Of a stretch of DNA of 62,766 nt, positions 9,610 to 20,127 are shown piece by piece (positions within the stretch are counted from its first letter, which is position 1; every line of letters begins with the position of its first letter). A program made the translations under genes and the position numbers. The stretch comes from Flavobacteriales bacterium UBA7443 (GTDB lineage: Bacteria > Bacteroidota > Bacteroidia > Flavobacteriales_D > Sanyastnellaceae). The notes under the pieces are model-generated. The model did no database searches. It saw nothing but the letters and a program-made list of their open reading frames with translations, and was not told the DNA's origin. The stretch covers positions 1-62,766 of the forward strand of contig DLQB01000046.1 of assembly GCA_002477505.1 (NCBI GenBank). The letters run 5' to 3'.

Positions 9610-10242
9610 ATGCCGGGAACGTTAACCTTAATCCTCATCACCACCGCAGCGATTTCATGGTGGTGCCTGCAAGATGCTTTACGCAAGGATCAACTGATGC
9701 TCAAACCTTTTGCGGTCAAGCATCAGCAGCAGTGGTATCGCGTTCTGACCCATGGCTTCATCCATGCCGATAGCACCCATCTGTTTTTCAATTTGTTCGT
9801 GTTGTGGCAATTTGGCTCGAGCGTAGAAACGTATTTGGACACAGCGACCGCAGAGCCGGCCATTCCCATTCCAGGGCAGTACACCTTCTTGATGCTTTAT
9901 TTCGGGGGATTGTTCACAGCAAGTCTTCCGGCCATGTACAAGCACATGAACAATCCGGGATATGCCAGTTTAGGCGCCAGTGGGGCGGTAAGTGCCGTGA
10001 TGATGGCATACATACTTTACTTCCCAACCGCCAAACTCCTCCTGTTTTTCATCGTACCCATGCCCGCGTTTGTGGCGGGGATTTTGTTCTTTTTCTATGA
10101 ATCCTACATGAACCGCAGGGGAGGGACTAGAATCGCACATGACGCACATTTGTGGGGCGCACTATTCGGCGTCGCCTTCGCATTGGCCGCTGATGGCTCG
10201 GCACTCAGCAGACTCTTTCAGTCAGTCACCGCCATCTTTTAA
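9610..10242 (+). CDS. rhomboid family intramembrane serine protease
   Basis: HGFIHADSTHLFFNLF (H-x4-H-x3-N), catalytic GASGAVSAVM and a downstream AHDAHLWGALFG. Multiple TM helices. Confidence 0.85.
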   Translation: MPGTLTLILITTAAISWWCLQDALRKDQLMLKPFAVKHQQQWYRVLTHGFIHADSTHLFFNLFVLWQFGSSVETYLDTATAEPAIPIPGQYTFLMLYFGGLFTASLPAMYKHMNNPGYASLGASGAVSAVMMAYILYFPTAKLLLFFIVPMPAFVAGILFFFYESYMNRRGGTRIAHDAHLWGALFGVAFALAADGSALSRLFQSVTAIF

Positions 10243-10257
10243 CGTGAAGTAGTTCTT

Positions 10258-10584
10258 TTACTCTGCTGCTTGCGCTTCCGGTAGGATGCGAAACAAGTCT
10301 TCATTGTCTCGTTTCATGAAGTACTGCTCCCGTGCAAACCGTTCCAATCGTTCCGGATTCGAAGACAAATCGGCAAGCTGCATATAGGATTCTCGGATGG
10401 CTTGCTCATAGTGGGCCACTTGACGCTCTTGAGCGCGCAATTCCTGGCTGCTTTTGAACAAATAGATCAAGTCTATATCGCTGACAAAAGTTACCCAGAA
10501 CAGGGCAAGGGCACCTGTTAGAATGTAGCGATTTTGATCTCCTCCAAATACCGTTAGTGCCGATTTAATCCGTTGCTTCAGCAT
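10258..10584 (-). CDS. septum formation initiator (FtsB/DivIC-like) family protein
   Basis: 108 aa with one N-terminal TM helix (ILTGALALFWVTFV) followed by a coiled coil and ...ERFAREQYFMKRDNEDLF, typical of FtsB/DivIC-like proteins. Overlaps the clpC 3' end by 20 nt. Confidence 0.65.
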   Translation of the reverse strand: MLKQRIKSALTVFGGDQNRYILTGALALFWVTFVSDIDLIYLFKSSQELRAQERQVAHYEQAIRESYMQLADLSSNPERLERFAREQYFMKRDNEDLFRILPEAQAAE

Positions 10585-13183
10585 CTGGCGAATTCTCTTT
10601 CTTCTCTTTATTGCCGTCTTCGCTCAACGCCTCAGTAGCACCAGCTGGCAGCGACAAAAACCCCTCCTTTACAACCGTGATCGACAACGAATCCGATCCT
10701 TTTTTGTAATCAGCCTTTAGCAAATCGCCCTCTTGAATGTTGGCGTTGATGATTTCCTCTGCAAATGGATCCTCCAAGTGCTTTTGGATAGCACGCTTTA
10801 AGGGACGTGCGCCATATTTCTCGTCGTATCCCTGATCCACGAGGTAATCTTTTGCCTTGGCGGTTACTTCGATTCCATAGCCAAGTCCCTCAATCCGATC
10901 AATCAAGGCACCTAATTCCAGATCAATGATGCTGTGAATGTGATTCCGGTCCAAACTCTTGAATACGACTACATCATCAATTCGATTCAAAAATTCTGGA
11001 CTGAATGCCCGCTTTAGCGCTGTTTGAATGACAGAATCACGGTTTGAATTTTCATTGTCAACGCGGGTTGAAGTACCGAATCCTACTCCAGTTCCAAATT
11101 CAGCGAGTTGTCTTGCACCAATATTGGATGTCATAATGATGATGGTGTTTCGGAAATCAATCTTTCGGCCAAGGCTATCCGTCATTTGACCATCATCCAA
11201 CGCTTGAAGCAACAAATTGAACACATCGGGGTGCGCTTTTTCAATTTCATCCAACAACACAATGGAGTAGGGGTGACGCCGCACTTTTTCGGTCAATTGT
11301 CCTCCTTCTTCATAACCGACATAACCTGGAGGTGCTCCTACCAAGCGACTGATCGCGAACTTCTCCATGTACTCGGACATGTCAATTCGGATCAAAGACT
11401 CCTCCGAATCAAACATAAAACGAGAAAGCACCTTCGCCAATTGGGTTTTTCCAACCCCGGTAGGACCGAGGAATATAAACGAACCGATGGGCTTATTCGG
11501 ATCCTTGAGTCCGGCACGGTTTCGTTTAATGGCCCGCGATACGCGAACAATTGCATCTTCCTGGCCAATGACTTTCCCCTCCAAATCCTCATTCATTCGA
11601 GCCAATTTTCCTGACTCCTTTTCCGCGATGCGCTGCACTGGAATGCCCGTCATCATGGAAACCACATCGCCTACATGGTCTACGGTGACCGTCACCCGCT
11701 TGTTTTTACTGTCCTCTTCCCATTGAATTTTCGCCTTTTCCAAGCGGTCATTCAGCGTGCGCTCCGTATCGCGCAACCGTGCCGCTTCTTCGTAGCGTTG
11801 GGACCGCACAACTCGCACTTTTTCTTCCTTGATTTTTTCAATTTCTTCCTCCACCTGCAAAATCTCATCTGGAACGGTAATGTTGGTCAAGTGAACCCGC
11901 GAACCCACCTCGTCCAAGGCATCAATGGCCTTGTCTGGGAGGTGACGATCCGTAATGTAGCGCGAAGTGAGGTTCACGCAAGCCGCAATCGCTTCATCGG
12001 TGTAGGTCACGCTGTGGTGTTCTTCATACTTGTCTTTGATGTTGTTCAGGATTTGCAACGTTTCATCGATTGACGTAGGCTCAACTAGAACCTTTTGAAA
12101 GCGCCGTTCAAGGGCACCGTCTTTTTCAATGTGCTGACGGTATTCATCCAGCGTAGTCGCTCCAACGCATTGAATCTCACCGCGGGCCAAAGCAGGCTTA
12201 AACATATTGGAAGCATCAAGCGAACCACTTGCGCCTCCGGCTCCAACGATGGTATGTATCTCATCGATGAATAGGATGACATCGGGTGACTTTTCCAATT
12301 CATTCATAACGGCCTTCATCCTCTCCTCGAATTGACCGCGGTACTTTGTGCCAGCGACCAATGATGCTACGTCCAATGTCACAATGCGCTTATTGAACAA
12401 GACACGACTTACTTTCTTCTCAATGATGCGCAAGGCCAGTCCCTCTGCAATCGCACTTTTTCCAACTCCAGGCTCTCCAATGAGAATCGGATTGTTCTTC
12501 TTTCGTCGGGACAAAATCTGTGAAACGCGTTCTATTTCCTTTTGGCGACCCACGATGGCATCGAGTCGACCTTCTTCTGCCATTTTCGTCAAATCCCGGC
12601 CAAAATTATCCAAAACGGGCGTCTTGCTTTTCGGATCCACCTTCCGACCAGCCCCTTCTGAGCCTCCCAAGTTTTCTGAACTTGGCTCCTCATCGCTGCT
12701 GTAATCCGTCGACTCCGCGCGCGGTGCAACGTTACCACGGCCTTCCTCGTGGATGATGCTTTCGTATTCTTCTTTCGCCACTTCATAGTCAATATTGAAA
12801 GTACCCAATGCTTTGGTCGCTACGTTGTCCTCGTCTTTCAAAATGCTGAGCAACAAATGCTCCGTTCCGATCAAATTCGACTTGAAAATCTTCGCTTCTA
12901 GGTAGGTTATTTTTAAGATTTTCTCCGCTTGCTTCACGAGCGGGATATTTCCCGCTCCAATGGCCTTTCCGGTCGTTGGACGAATGTTGCCTTCCAAAGC
13001 CTTTCGCAGTTTTTGCAGGTCCACATTCAATCCTTCTAAAATCCGGACAGCCGTGCCTTCTCCTTCCCGGATAATGCCCAACAGCAGGTGCTCGACACCG
13101 ATGTAATTGTGCCCCAATCTCAGCGCTTCTTCTCGGCTAAACGTAATAACGTCTTTGACCCGTGGTGAAAATTTTGCGTCCAT
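10565..13183 (-). CDS. clpC: ATP-dependent Clp protease ATP-binding subunit ClpC (class I AAA+)
   Basis: Two Clp_N repeats ([15 protein letters not shown] / GTEHLLLSI), two Walker A sites ([25 protein letters not shown]) and a UVR-like linker ([15 protein letters not shown]). The ATG at 13183 ([11 protein letters not shown]) is preferred over the TTG at 13213. Confidence 0.93.
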   Translation of the reverse strand: MDAKFSPRVKDVITFSREEALRLGHNYIGVEHLLLGIIREGEGTAVRILEGLNVDLQKLRKALEGNIRPTTGKAIGAGNIPLVKQAEKILKITYLEAKIFKSNLIGTEHLLLSILKDEDNVATKALGTFNIDYEVAKEEYESIIHEEGRGNVAPRAESTDYSSDEEPSSENLGGSEGAGRKVDPKSKTPVLDNFGRDLTKMAEEGRLDAIVGRQKEIERVSQILSRRKKNNPILIGEPGVGKSAIAEGLALRIIEKKVSRVLFNKRIVTLDVASLVAGTKYRGQFEERMKAVMNELEKSPDVILFIDEIHTIVGAGGASGSLDASNMFKPALARGEIQCVGATTLDEYRQHIEKDGALERRFQKVLVEPTSIDETLQILNNIKDKYEEHHSVTYTDEAIAACVNLTSRYITDRHLPDKAIDALDEVGSRVHLTNITVPDEILQVEEEIEKIKEEKVRVVRSQRYEEAARLRDTERTLNDRLEKAKIQWEEDSKNKRVTVTVDHVGDVVSMMTGIPVQRIAEKESGKLARMNEDLEGKVIGQEDAIVRVSRAIKRNRAGLKDPNKPIGSFIFLGPTGVGKTQLAKVLSRFMFDSEESLIRIDMSEYMEKFAISRLVGAPPGYVGYEEGGQLTEKVRRHPYSIVLLDEIEKAHPDVFNLLLQALDDGQMTDSLGRKIDFRNTIIIMTSNIGARQLAEFGTGVGFGTSTRVDNENSNRDSVIQTALKRAFSPEFLNRIDDVVVFKSLDRNHIHSIIDLELGALIDRIEGLGYGIEVTAKAKDYLVDQGYDEKYGARPLKRAIQKHLEDPFAEEIINANIQEGDLLKADYKKGSDSLSITVVKEGFLSLPAGATEALSEDGNKEKKENSPDAEATD

Positions 13184-13468
13184 GCTTTCAAGTTTCTTTT
13201 CTAATCGTAACAAGGAAAAAAGGCTGATTTAACTCTTACAACGTTGTAGTCGAATGAATAATGCCTTTCGTCCAATGTCTTTTCGTTCGAAAACTACAAC
13301 CCCACTTCACTTAACAACCCAGACTGCAGAAGGTTTATCCACATCACATTGAAGAGATTTGTGAGTAATTGTCGCGTCAAATGCCCGTGTTGACGCCGGA
13401 TGAAGCTGTATTTTCGTGTGAGCTTGAAATCGTTGAGATTCCGGGCCAATCATTCATACACCGATACG

Positions 13469-15985
13469 ATGGCAGAAGGAGAAAAGATCGTCCAGATCAA
13501 CATTGCAGAAGAAATGAAATCGGCTTACATCGACTACTCGATGTCAGTCATCGTCTCGCGGGCTTTGCCCGATGCCCGAGACGGACTCAAACCCGTTCAC
13601 CGGAGGGTGCTTTACGGCATGCTCGACTTGGGCGTTCTGTCCAATCGGGCGTACAAGAAAAGCGCGAGAATCGTCGGAGAGGTACTCGGTAAGTACCATC
13701 CTCACGGTGATAGCTCCGTTTATGACACCATGGTGCGAATGGCCCAAGATTGGTCTCTCCGATATCCCATGGTCGATGGGCAGGGAAACTTCGGCTCTAT
13801 TGACGGCGATAACCCCGCAGCCATGCGATACACCGAGGCTCGTCTCCGGAAAGTCGCAGAAGAAATGCTGGAAGACCTGGACAAGGACACGGTAGAGTTT
13901 CGACCTAATTTTGACGAGAGTTTAAAAGAGCCCACGGTATTGCCGGCAAAACTGCCCAACCTACTCGTCAACGGAGCTTCAGGCATTGCGGTAGGAATGG
14001 CGACCAACATGCCACCGCATAATTTGACAGAAGTAATCAATGGAACCATTGCTTATATCGAAAACAAGGACATCACCATTGATGAACTTATGGAGCATGT
14101 CAAAGCCCCTGACTTCCCAACGGGTGGAATCATACACGGAGTGGAGGGAGTGCATGATGCGTTTCACACCGGGAGAGGCAAGGTTGTGGTCCGAGGACGG
14201 GCGCGAATCGAGGAAACAAAAACCGGTCGGGAAGTAATCATCGTAGAGGAAATCCCCTACATGGTGAACAAAGCGGAAATGGTCCGTAAAACGGCTGAGT
14301 TGGTCAACGAAAAGCGTATCGAAGGCATCTCTGAAATCCGGGATGAATCCGATCGAAAAGGCATGCGGGTCGTTTACGAAATCAAGCGTGATTCAATGGC
14401 CAGCGTTGTGCTGAATAAGCTTTACAAGTACACTGCGCTTCAAAGTTCTTTCTCGGTCAATAACATCTGCCTTGTCAAAGGACGTCCAGAACTATTGAAC
14501 CTGAAAGGGCTCATTTCCAACTTTGTTGAGCACCGTCACGAGGTGGTGACACGGAGAACACAATACGAACTTCGAAAAGCACAGGAACGCGCACACATCC
14601 TACAAGGACTTATCATTGCCATTGATAATTTAGACGATGTCATTGCCTTGATCCGAGCCAGCGCAACGCCCGAAGAAGCCCGCAATGGCCTCATGAAGAC
14701 GTTTGAATTGTCAGAACTTCAAGCACGTGCCATTTTGGACATGCGCCTCCAGAAACTGACCGGCCTCGAGCGTGATAAGTTGCGTGCTGAATTCGACGCC
14801 TTGATGGCGACTATTGAAGACCTCGAAGACATCTTGGCCCGCGTCGAGCGTCGAATGGAAATCATCACGGGGGAGTTGATTGACGTCAAAGAACGATTTG
14901 GTGATGAGCGTCGCAGCAACATCGAGTTCAGCAGCGCTGACGTTCGAATGGAAGACTTGATTGCAGACGAACAGGTGATCGTGAGCATCAGCCATGCCGG
15001 CTACATCAAGCGAACAAGACTCGCCGATTACCGATCACAAAGCAGGGGAGGCGTTGGTTCCAAAGGGGCAACGACAAGGGACGAAGACTTTGTAGAGAAC
15101 ATCTTTGCCGCGACCAATCACAACTGGCTGCTAATCTTTACCGCCAAAGGACGTTGTTTCTGGATTCGCATTTATGAGTTGCCAGAAGGGTCGAAAACCT
15201 CGAAAGGACGTGCGATCCAAAACCTGATTCAAATCGAACCGGACGACAAGATTTTAACCTACATTCCGGTAATCGATCTCAAGGACGAAGAATATGCCAA
15301 CAGCAACTTTGTTGTTCTTGCGACGCGCAAAGGATTGATTAAAAAGACCACTTTAGCGGCCTATTCACGGCCGAGGTCCAATGGAATCAATGCGATTACC
15401 ATCCGGGAAGGGGATGAGCTACTAACGGCACGATTGACCAATGGTGACAACGAAATCATTATCGGCAAGAAATCAGGAAAGGCCATACGATTCCATGAAA
15501 ACACGGCGCGAGCAGTCGGTCGAACGGCCATGGGAGTGAAGGGGGTTACTTTAGAAGGTCCGAATGATGAAGTCATCGGCATGGTGTGCGTTCGGGGCTC
15601 GGATTCGGAAATTCTCGTAGTCTCTGAAAACGGTTACGGCAAACGTTCTGCAGTAGAAGATTACCGCATCACCAACCGCGGTGGAAAGGGCGTCAAGACA
15701 TTGAGCGTCACAGAAAAAACCGGAAATCTCATCAGCATCTTAAATGTGACCGATGAGGATGACCTCATGATCATCAACCGTTCCGGCATCACGATTCGAA
15801 CTGGAGTGGCGGAACTGCGAGTCATGGGACGTGCAACGCAAGGAGTAAAGCTCATTTCACTGAGAGGTGATGATCAGATCGCTTCTGTATGCCGGGTACC
15901 GAAAGGAGTCGATGAAGATGAAATCGACGAAACAGAATCAAACGAAGATGCCGAGAACACCAATGAGGCCCCATCTGAAGGATAA
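13469..15985 (+). CDS. gyrA: DNA gyrase subunit A
   Basis: [74 protein letters not shown]-terminal beta-pinwheel repeats and an acidic tail. The ATG at 13469 is preferred over the ORF-track 13400. Confidence 0.97.
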   Translation: MAEGEKIVQINIAEEMKSAYIDYSMSVIVSRALPDARDGLKPVHRRVLYGMLDLGVLSNRAYKKSARIVGEVLGKYHPHGDSSVYDTMVRMAQDWSLRYPMVDGQGNFGSIDGDNPAAMRYTEARLRKVAEEMLEDLDKDTVEFRPNFDESLKEPTVLPAKLPNLLVNGASGIAVGMATNMPPHNLTEVINGTIAYIENKDITIDELMEHVKAPDFPTGGIIHGVEGVHDAFHTGRGKVVVRGRARIEETKTGREVIIVEEIPYMVNKAEMVRKTAELVNEKRIEGISEIRDESDRKGMRVVYEIKRDSMASVVLNKLYKYTALQSSFSVNNICLVKGRPELLNLKGLISNFVEHRHEVVTRRTQYELRKAQERAHILQGLIIAIDNLDDVIALIRASATPEEARNGLMKTFELSELQARAILDMRLQKLTGLERDKLRAEFDALMATIEDLEDILARVERRMEIITGELIDVKERFGDERRSNIEFSSADVRMEDLIADEQVIVSISHAGYIKRTRLADYRSQSRGGVGSKGATTRDEDFVENIFAATNHNWLLIFTAKGRCFWIRIYELPEGSKTSKGRAIQNLIQIEPDDKILTYIPVIDLKDEEYANSNFVVLATRKGLIKKTTLAAYSRPRSNGINAITIREGDELLTARLTNGDNEIIIGKKSGKAIRFHENTARAVGRTAMGVKGVTLEGPNDEVIGMVCVRGSDSEILVVSENGYGKRSAVEDYRITNRGGKGVKTLSVTEKTGNLISILNVTDEDDLMIINRSGITIRTGVAELRVMGRATQGVKLISLRGDDQIASVCRVPKGVDEDEIDETESNEDAENTNEAPSEG

Positions 15986-16070
15986 TTCAAAGTGTGGCAT
16001 TAGTTTTGCACTCCAAAATCGAGCGATTTAAAAACAGTCCAGTTTCACTTACCGATTAAAAATTGATTTG

Positions 16071-17210
16071 ATGAAGAACATCCTTGCGATTATAATGATA
16101 ACATCTGCTTTCATGGCCTACGGCCAGAAGCAAGTTGTATCAGCGTACAATGCGAATAAGGCGGGAAAATATGCCGATGCCGCTACATACATCGATGAGG
16201 CCATAACGGTTGAAAAGGCCGCTGTGAAGGAGAAGACGTGGCGCTACCGAGGCGAGATTTACCTCAATATTGCGAAAGACACATCCCTTGTAGCCGCATA
16301 CCCCAATGCGTTGTGGACGGCCAAAGAGGCGTACCTCAAGGCGCGTGAATTGGATACAAAAGGAAATTATGAGCGAGAAATCATCACCGGTTTGGGCCTT
16401 GTCCAAACGACCGCTGCCAACCAAGGCATCAATGATTATTCCAGCGAAGTTTATGATCAAGCCGCAGTTAAATTTGATTTGAGTGCTGAAATCGCTGGCA
16501 TGTTTGACGTTTTGGATACGATGGGCATATTCAATGCTGCGCTATGCTATGAGAAATCAAACAGTGTTGATCTCGCCGTTGAACGCTATAAAACGTGTGG
16601 GGCAAATGGCTACCAAGTTCCAAATGTCTATTTATTCGTTGCCAATCTGCTCCGACAAAATGGGCGAGACGAGGATGCGCTAGCGGAGCTGCAATCGGCC
16701 CGTGCGCTTTTCCCACGGGAGCAAAGCCTCATCATCGAAGAATTGAATATTTACCTTGAAGCCAAAGATTTCGAGCGAGCTGAGAACAACCTGAAATTGG
16801 CCGCAGAAGGGGACCCAACGAACGAAATCCTTTGGTTCAGCCTGGGAAGCGTGTATGACAATCTCGAAAAGGACGAACTGGCAGCAGAGGCATATTTAAA
16901 AGCGCTCGAGCTTGAACCGACGTACTTTGACGCCAACTACAACCTCGGCGCGATGTATTTCAACTTAGCGGTCCAAGGCATCAATGAAGCCAATGACATG
17001 TGGAAACCACGCATGAGCAAAGCCGAGAACGCTAAGCAAAAAGCCTTAGAAGATGCCGCTAAGGAAATGTTTACCCAAGCTCGTCCATTTCTAGAAGCAG
17101 CGCACATGGCTAATGCTGAGGACATCGACACGATTCGTTCGTTACGCGACATTTATGCGAGGACTGGACAGGATGATTTGATGCTGAAAATGAGCGGCCT
17201 ACTGAAATAA
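16071..17210 (+). CDS. tetratricopeptide (TPR) repeat protein, exported
   Basis: Signal peptide MKNILAIIMITSAFMAYGQ and several TPR-like A..Y.KALELEP...A.YNLG units. Confidence 0.75.
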   Translation: MKNILAIIMITSAFMAYGQKQVVSAYNANKAGKYADAATYIDEAITVEKAAVKEKTWRYRGEIYLNIAKDTSLVAAYPNALWTAKEAYLKARELDTKGNYEREIITGLGLVQTTAANQGINDYSSEVYDQAAVKFDLSAEIAGMFDVLDTMGIFNAALCYEKSNSVDLAVERYKTCGANGYQVPNVYLFVANLLRQNGRDEDALAELQSARALFPREQSLIIEELNIYLEAKDFERAENNLKLAAEGDPTNEILWFSLGSVYDNLEKDELAAEAYLKALELEPTYFDANYNLGAMYFNLAVQGINEANDMWKPRMSKAENAKQKALEDAAKEMFTQARPFLEAAHMANAEDIDTIRSLRDIYARTGQDDLMLKMSGLLK

Positions 17211-17234
17211 AGTTTTCCTTAGTTTCATAATATC

Positions 17235-17265
17235 AAAAAGGGGACTCGTCGGAGTCCCTTTTTTT
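17235..17265 (+). terminator. intrinsic terminator after the TPR gene (potentially bidirectional)
   Basis: AAAAA-GGGGACTC-GTCG-GAGTCCC-TTTTTTT. The stem is 7 bp (17241-17247 pairing with 17252-17258) and the run of 7 T is at 17259-17265. Confidence 0.85.
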
Positions 17266-17361
17266 ATGCCTGCTCTATCGCCCGCTCAGTCATTTAACAT
17301 AATATTTATTATCATTCAATAGGGCTGATCGGTTCAAACCCACAAGCGACTTAGGTACAAC

Positions 17362-17397
17362 ACAAAAACGGACCACCTTTTCGGATGGTCCGTTTTC
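17362..17397 (-). terminator. intrinsic terminator after the S1 protease gene
   Basis: ACGGACCA (17368-17375) pairs with TGGTCCGT (17386-17393), with an extra CC/GG pair. On the minus strand the hairpin is followed by TTTTT (plus-strand A-run at 17364-17368). It lies about 25 nt past the stop at 17419. Confidence 0.75.
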
Positions 17398-17418
17398 CAT
17401 GAATCAAACTAAGCTTTA

Positions 17419-19707
17419 TCATTCTACGATCAGACGCTGCTGAGAAAAGCCGAGCGTCCGGTGCACCGTTGAAATCGTATACAAGCCCGGCGACCAATTC
17501 GAAACATCAATTGCTTCTGATGCTGTGCGCATAACGAACCGATCAATCAACTTGCCTGAAGCATCAAATACACGGACATCTGAACCCAACCAATCCTGTG
17601 CATCCATGTAAATAGTAGTTGTCGCGGGATTCGGATAAACGGTTGGTCCTTCAGCGTCAAGGATCGATCCAACGGCAGAAATCTCCGTACAAAAAACAGA
17701 CTGATCGAATTCTTCAAATTCGCCGCCAGAATCAACTTCATCGCCGTTTTCATCCAATATTGTCCATGCGCCTTCACCGTATTCGCAGCACAACCCATCT
17801 CCATAGCTGTCGGATATTTCAAAAATGTAACAACCATCCGTCAAACAAAAGTCTACGACAACTTCAGTGCCGTCCAAATCATCTTCATAAGGTCCACCTG
17901 AAAATAGCACTTGGCCCAATTCTTTCAGCTCCCAAGTGACTTCACTTCCATAATCGTCCAAAATGATGACCAATTCGTAGTCAATTGTAGGACCCAATGA
18001 TGTCACAAAACTCACATTTGCGGCATTATTGAACTCATTCTCGTCAGATACTCCATTGGGATTGAGGACTTGAATGTCCAATGTGTTTTCGCCATCAACA
18101 ACGATGAATTCTGGCAAAGCCAATGTTTCTGATTCAAATTGAGCCAGTGATCCTGTCCAATCGATGGATTCGCTTGACGCTCCGTTGTAAGTGTATGTAA
18201 TGGTGGCAGAAACCAAATCATTCAACCCAGAATTGCTCAAAAGCACACTGGGTGTAAATGGCTCTGCGCCACAGGTAAAATCTGTCGGAATCCCTGTTAC
18301 TTGGATGCCTGCATCATCATTGTATGCGATAGCCCCTTCGGGCCAACCATCCACCACTAGTGCTCCTGAATTTGACGGGTCCAACCAGTCGCGCAGTCGC
18401 GTTGCAGCAGAATTGCCATCCCAACTCACATCGAATCTTCCATACCAATCGGGCTCGCCATTGTTGACGCTGCCCGAGCACGCTGCCGTTCCACCATACA
18501 GCTGACCCACTATCCGATGGTTTTCGTCGTAAAGCGGAGATCCCGAAGAGCCCGGCTCGGTGACACCCTCCTCCCACTCACTGATGTACCAAACTGCCGC
18601 ACCGCCAACGTTTTGGATAGACGGACCGTCCTCGTCGAAGCAAATCTTCTTGACGTCACCACTGGGATGGTGAATGCCGGTGAGGTTCGCCGGGGACACT
18701 CCTGTTGCGTCCCAACCGGAGTATTGAACGTTGTATGAAGGTGGAGGCGTATCGCTCAATTCAATCAAAGCAAAATCACTTCCTGCGTTGCTTGCTTTCA
18801 ATGTGCCACCTGAAATAACATCCGATGCAGGAGCATTGTTGGTGTTGCCCGTGCATCCCTCAATTTCGTGGTTGAAGATGTATGTCCAGTTGTTGGGATT
18901 GCCCAAGCAGTGGTTAGCTGTGAGGAAATACGGCGTGCCATCTTGCGCCGTGTTGTTGACCAAAGCGCCCGTGCAAACGGCAAAATTGCCCTGGATGATC
19001 AACGCAACGCTTCTGCTTTCCACCGACCAAGGTGCTCCCTCTGGACAATTGACGTTGATGTTGCAGTTTCCAGAATTGCCATAAGGTCCCCGCTCCTCTA
19101 TACTCTGAGCGTATCGGTGAATGCTCCGGTAGCTGTGCACCACTTTTCCGATGTGCAGATCCGCTGGGAAGTCAACCGCAAGGGGTTCGCGGTATTCAAT
19201 AATCGCAGAAGTCCCCATGGTCTGGCCAATGGCCAATGTGCCCCAATCTTTGTTGTTGCGATGATCAAAACTTCCAATAAAGTCTGTTCGCTCTGCATTC
19301 CAGACGAACAAATGCCCTCCTTTCGGCAACCTAAACTCATCAAAGAAAAAGCTAATCCCCAATGCATCGCTTGCGTCAAATCGCATTCTCCAAACGCGTT
19401 CATTTCCCTCTATCGTCCAAAGACCTTCGAGCGAAGGGTCAACATTCACTTCGAACTCGACTCCGAAACGCCAAGGTGCCTCTTTGTACTGATCTGTTAC
19501 AGCGTCTTGCGCATCCAACAATTCACGATCAATATCGGGCAATCGAAGCGCAGGAATGGTCGCTATGTCAATCTGCCACTCCGGTTGCCCCCCATGATTA
19601 ATTTGACCCACAACACCGGGCATCAATGCCAAACCGACCATGAAAGCGACTACACGATAAAAAATATTGGAAAATGCACGAAGGAAATCTGAGGAACGAA
19701 TGAACAT
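17419..19707 (-). CDS. secreted trypsin-fold (S1) serine endopeptidase, lysyl-endopeptidase-like, with T9SS type A C-terminal sorting domain
   Basis: Signal segment (VVAFMVGLALMPGVVGQ), catalytic His in YFLTANHC, Asp in GSDFALIEL, Ser in EPGSSGSPL and the C-terminal TVYPNPATTTIYMD...GLYTISTV...QRLIVE sorting tail. The ATG at 19707 is preferred over the TTG at 19731. Confidence 0.85.
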   Translation of the reverse strand: MFIRSSDFLRAFSNIFYRVVAFMVGLALMPGVVGQINHGGQPEWQIDIATIPALRLPDIDRELLDAQDAVTDQYKEAPWRFGVEFEVNVDPSLEGLWTIEGNERVWRMRFDASDALGISFFFDEFRLPKGGHLFVWNAERTDFIGSFDHRNNKDWGTLAIGQTMGTSAIIEYREPLAVDFPADLHIGKVVHSYRSIHRYAQSIEERGPYGNSGNCNINVNCPEGAPWSVESRSVALIIQGNFAVCTGALVNNTAQDGTPYFLTANHCLGNPNNWTYIFNHEIEGCTGNTNNAPASDVISGGTLKASNAGSDFALIELSDTPPPSYNVQYSGWDATGVSPANLTGIHHPSGDVKKICFDEDGPSIQNVGGAAVWYISEWEEGVTEPGSSGSPLYDENHRIVGQLYGGTAACSGSVNNGEPDWYGRFDVSWDGNSAATRLRDWLDPSNSGALVVDGWPEGAIAYNDDAGIQVTGIPTDFTCGAEPFTPSVLLSNSGLNDLVSATITYTYNGASSESIDWTGSLAQFESETLALPEFIVVDGENTLDIQVLNPNGVSDENEFNNAANVSFVTSLGPTIDYELVIILDDYGSEVTWELKELGQVLFSGGPYEDDLDGTEVVVDFCLTDGCYIFEISDSYGDGLCCEYGEGAWTILDENGDEVDSGGEFEEFDQSVFCTEISAVGSILDAEGPTVYPNPATTTIYMDAQDWLGSDVRVFDASGKLIDRFVMRTASEAIDVSNWSPGLYTISTVHRTLGFSQQRLIVE

Positions 19708-19955
19708 GATTGAGAATGGATTTGGGTTCAATTGGTTGTCAATGAAAACAACCTTAATGGGTTTCTAAAAGTTGCTTGCGATGTAAAATTCACTCATAAT
19801 CACCTTGTATTTGACAGCGCTGTGACTGGGCTAAGCAATTGAATTCAACATGATTGCAGAGCATGTTGTCCCAAATAAAACATAGCGGTTCCCTCACTGC
19901 GGCCTCCCCTGCCAAGAATCTGCGGGCAAAGTGAAACAAATTGATTTGTTTCACG

Positions 19956-19963
19956 TAAATTTG
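19956..19963 (+). promoter_or_regulatory. candidate -7 promoter box (TAAATTTG) for tRNA-Ser
   Basis: Exact TAnnTTTG match ending 10 nt before the mature tRNA 5' end. It immediately follows a 24-bp palindrome. Confidence 0.5.
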
Positions 19964-19973
19964 CGCGGACTTT

Positions 19974-20059
19974 GGAGGTTTGGCAGAGTTGGTCGATCGC
20001 ACCGGTCTTGAAAACCGGCGTACCGCAAGGTACCGGGGGTTCGAATCCCTCAGCCTCCG
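19974..20059 (+). tRNA. tRNA-Ser (anticodon UGA), class II with long variable arm
   Basis: Acceptor GGAGGTT/AGCCTCC, anticodon stem CCGGT/ACCGG with loop CTTGAAA (UGA), long variable arm CGTACCGCAAGGTACC and T arm GGGGG-TTCGAAT-CCCTC. CCA is not encoded. Confidence 0.93.
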
Positions 20060-20067
20060 CACAGAAT

Positions 20068-20100
20068 ACAAAAGCGCCCGCTCGATGCGGGCGCTTTTTA
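20068..20100. terminator. bidirectional intrinsic terminator between tRNA-Ser and the convergent esterase gene
   Basis: AAA-AGCGCCCGC-TCGAT-GCGGGCGCT-TTTT. The stem is a perfect 9 bp (20073-20081 pairing with 20087-20095), flanked by A-run and T-run. Confidence 0.85.
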
Positions 20101-20127
20101 TATCGCTTGGTTTTTCCATTATCGCGA

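Noticed and set aside
13369-13692. N-terminally extended ORF-track starts: 13400 for gyrA, 13213 for clpC, 46713 for the trmH-like gene, 48863 for the acyltransferase gene, 60448 for folP, 2984 for the dapA-upstream gene and 51470 for the dehydrogenase gene. The 107-aa alternative-frame ORF at 13369 is also in this group.
   Set aside because: Internal ATG or GTG codons reproduce the canonical N-termini of these families and remove overlaps with divergent neighbours. The extensions have no family-like sequence.
17266-17361. Possible small RNA in the AT-rich roughly 100-nt spacer between the two terminators at 17.24 and 17.38 kb.
   Set aside because: The two hairpins are fully explained as terminators of the convergent TPR and protease genes. 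There is no promoter box and no additional structure in the spacer.
18868-19692. 274-aa plus-strand ORF antisense to the S1 protease gene. Similar long antisense ORFs occur at 41887-42597 (opposite pnp), 51626-52306 (opposite the 3-hydroxyacyl-CoA dehydrogenase gene), 28474-29097 (opposite GT2), 55200-55766 (opposite mutA-like), 57834-58370, 59235-59762, 59608-60174 and 11108-11614.
   Set aside because: Each lies entirely opposite a gene with strong, motif-supported identity. Their translations are low-complexity (Arg/Ser/Pro/His-rich) with no recognisable motifs. Stop-free antisense frames are expected at this base composition.
19790-20119. 109-aa minus-strand ORF and 72-77-aa plus-strand ORFs spanning the tRNA-Ser locus.
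   Set aside because: They run through a well-folded tRNA and its terminator, so they are artefacts of ORF calling.
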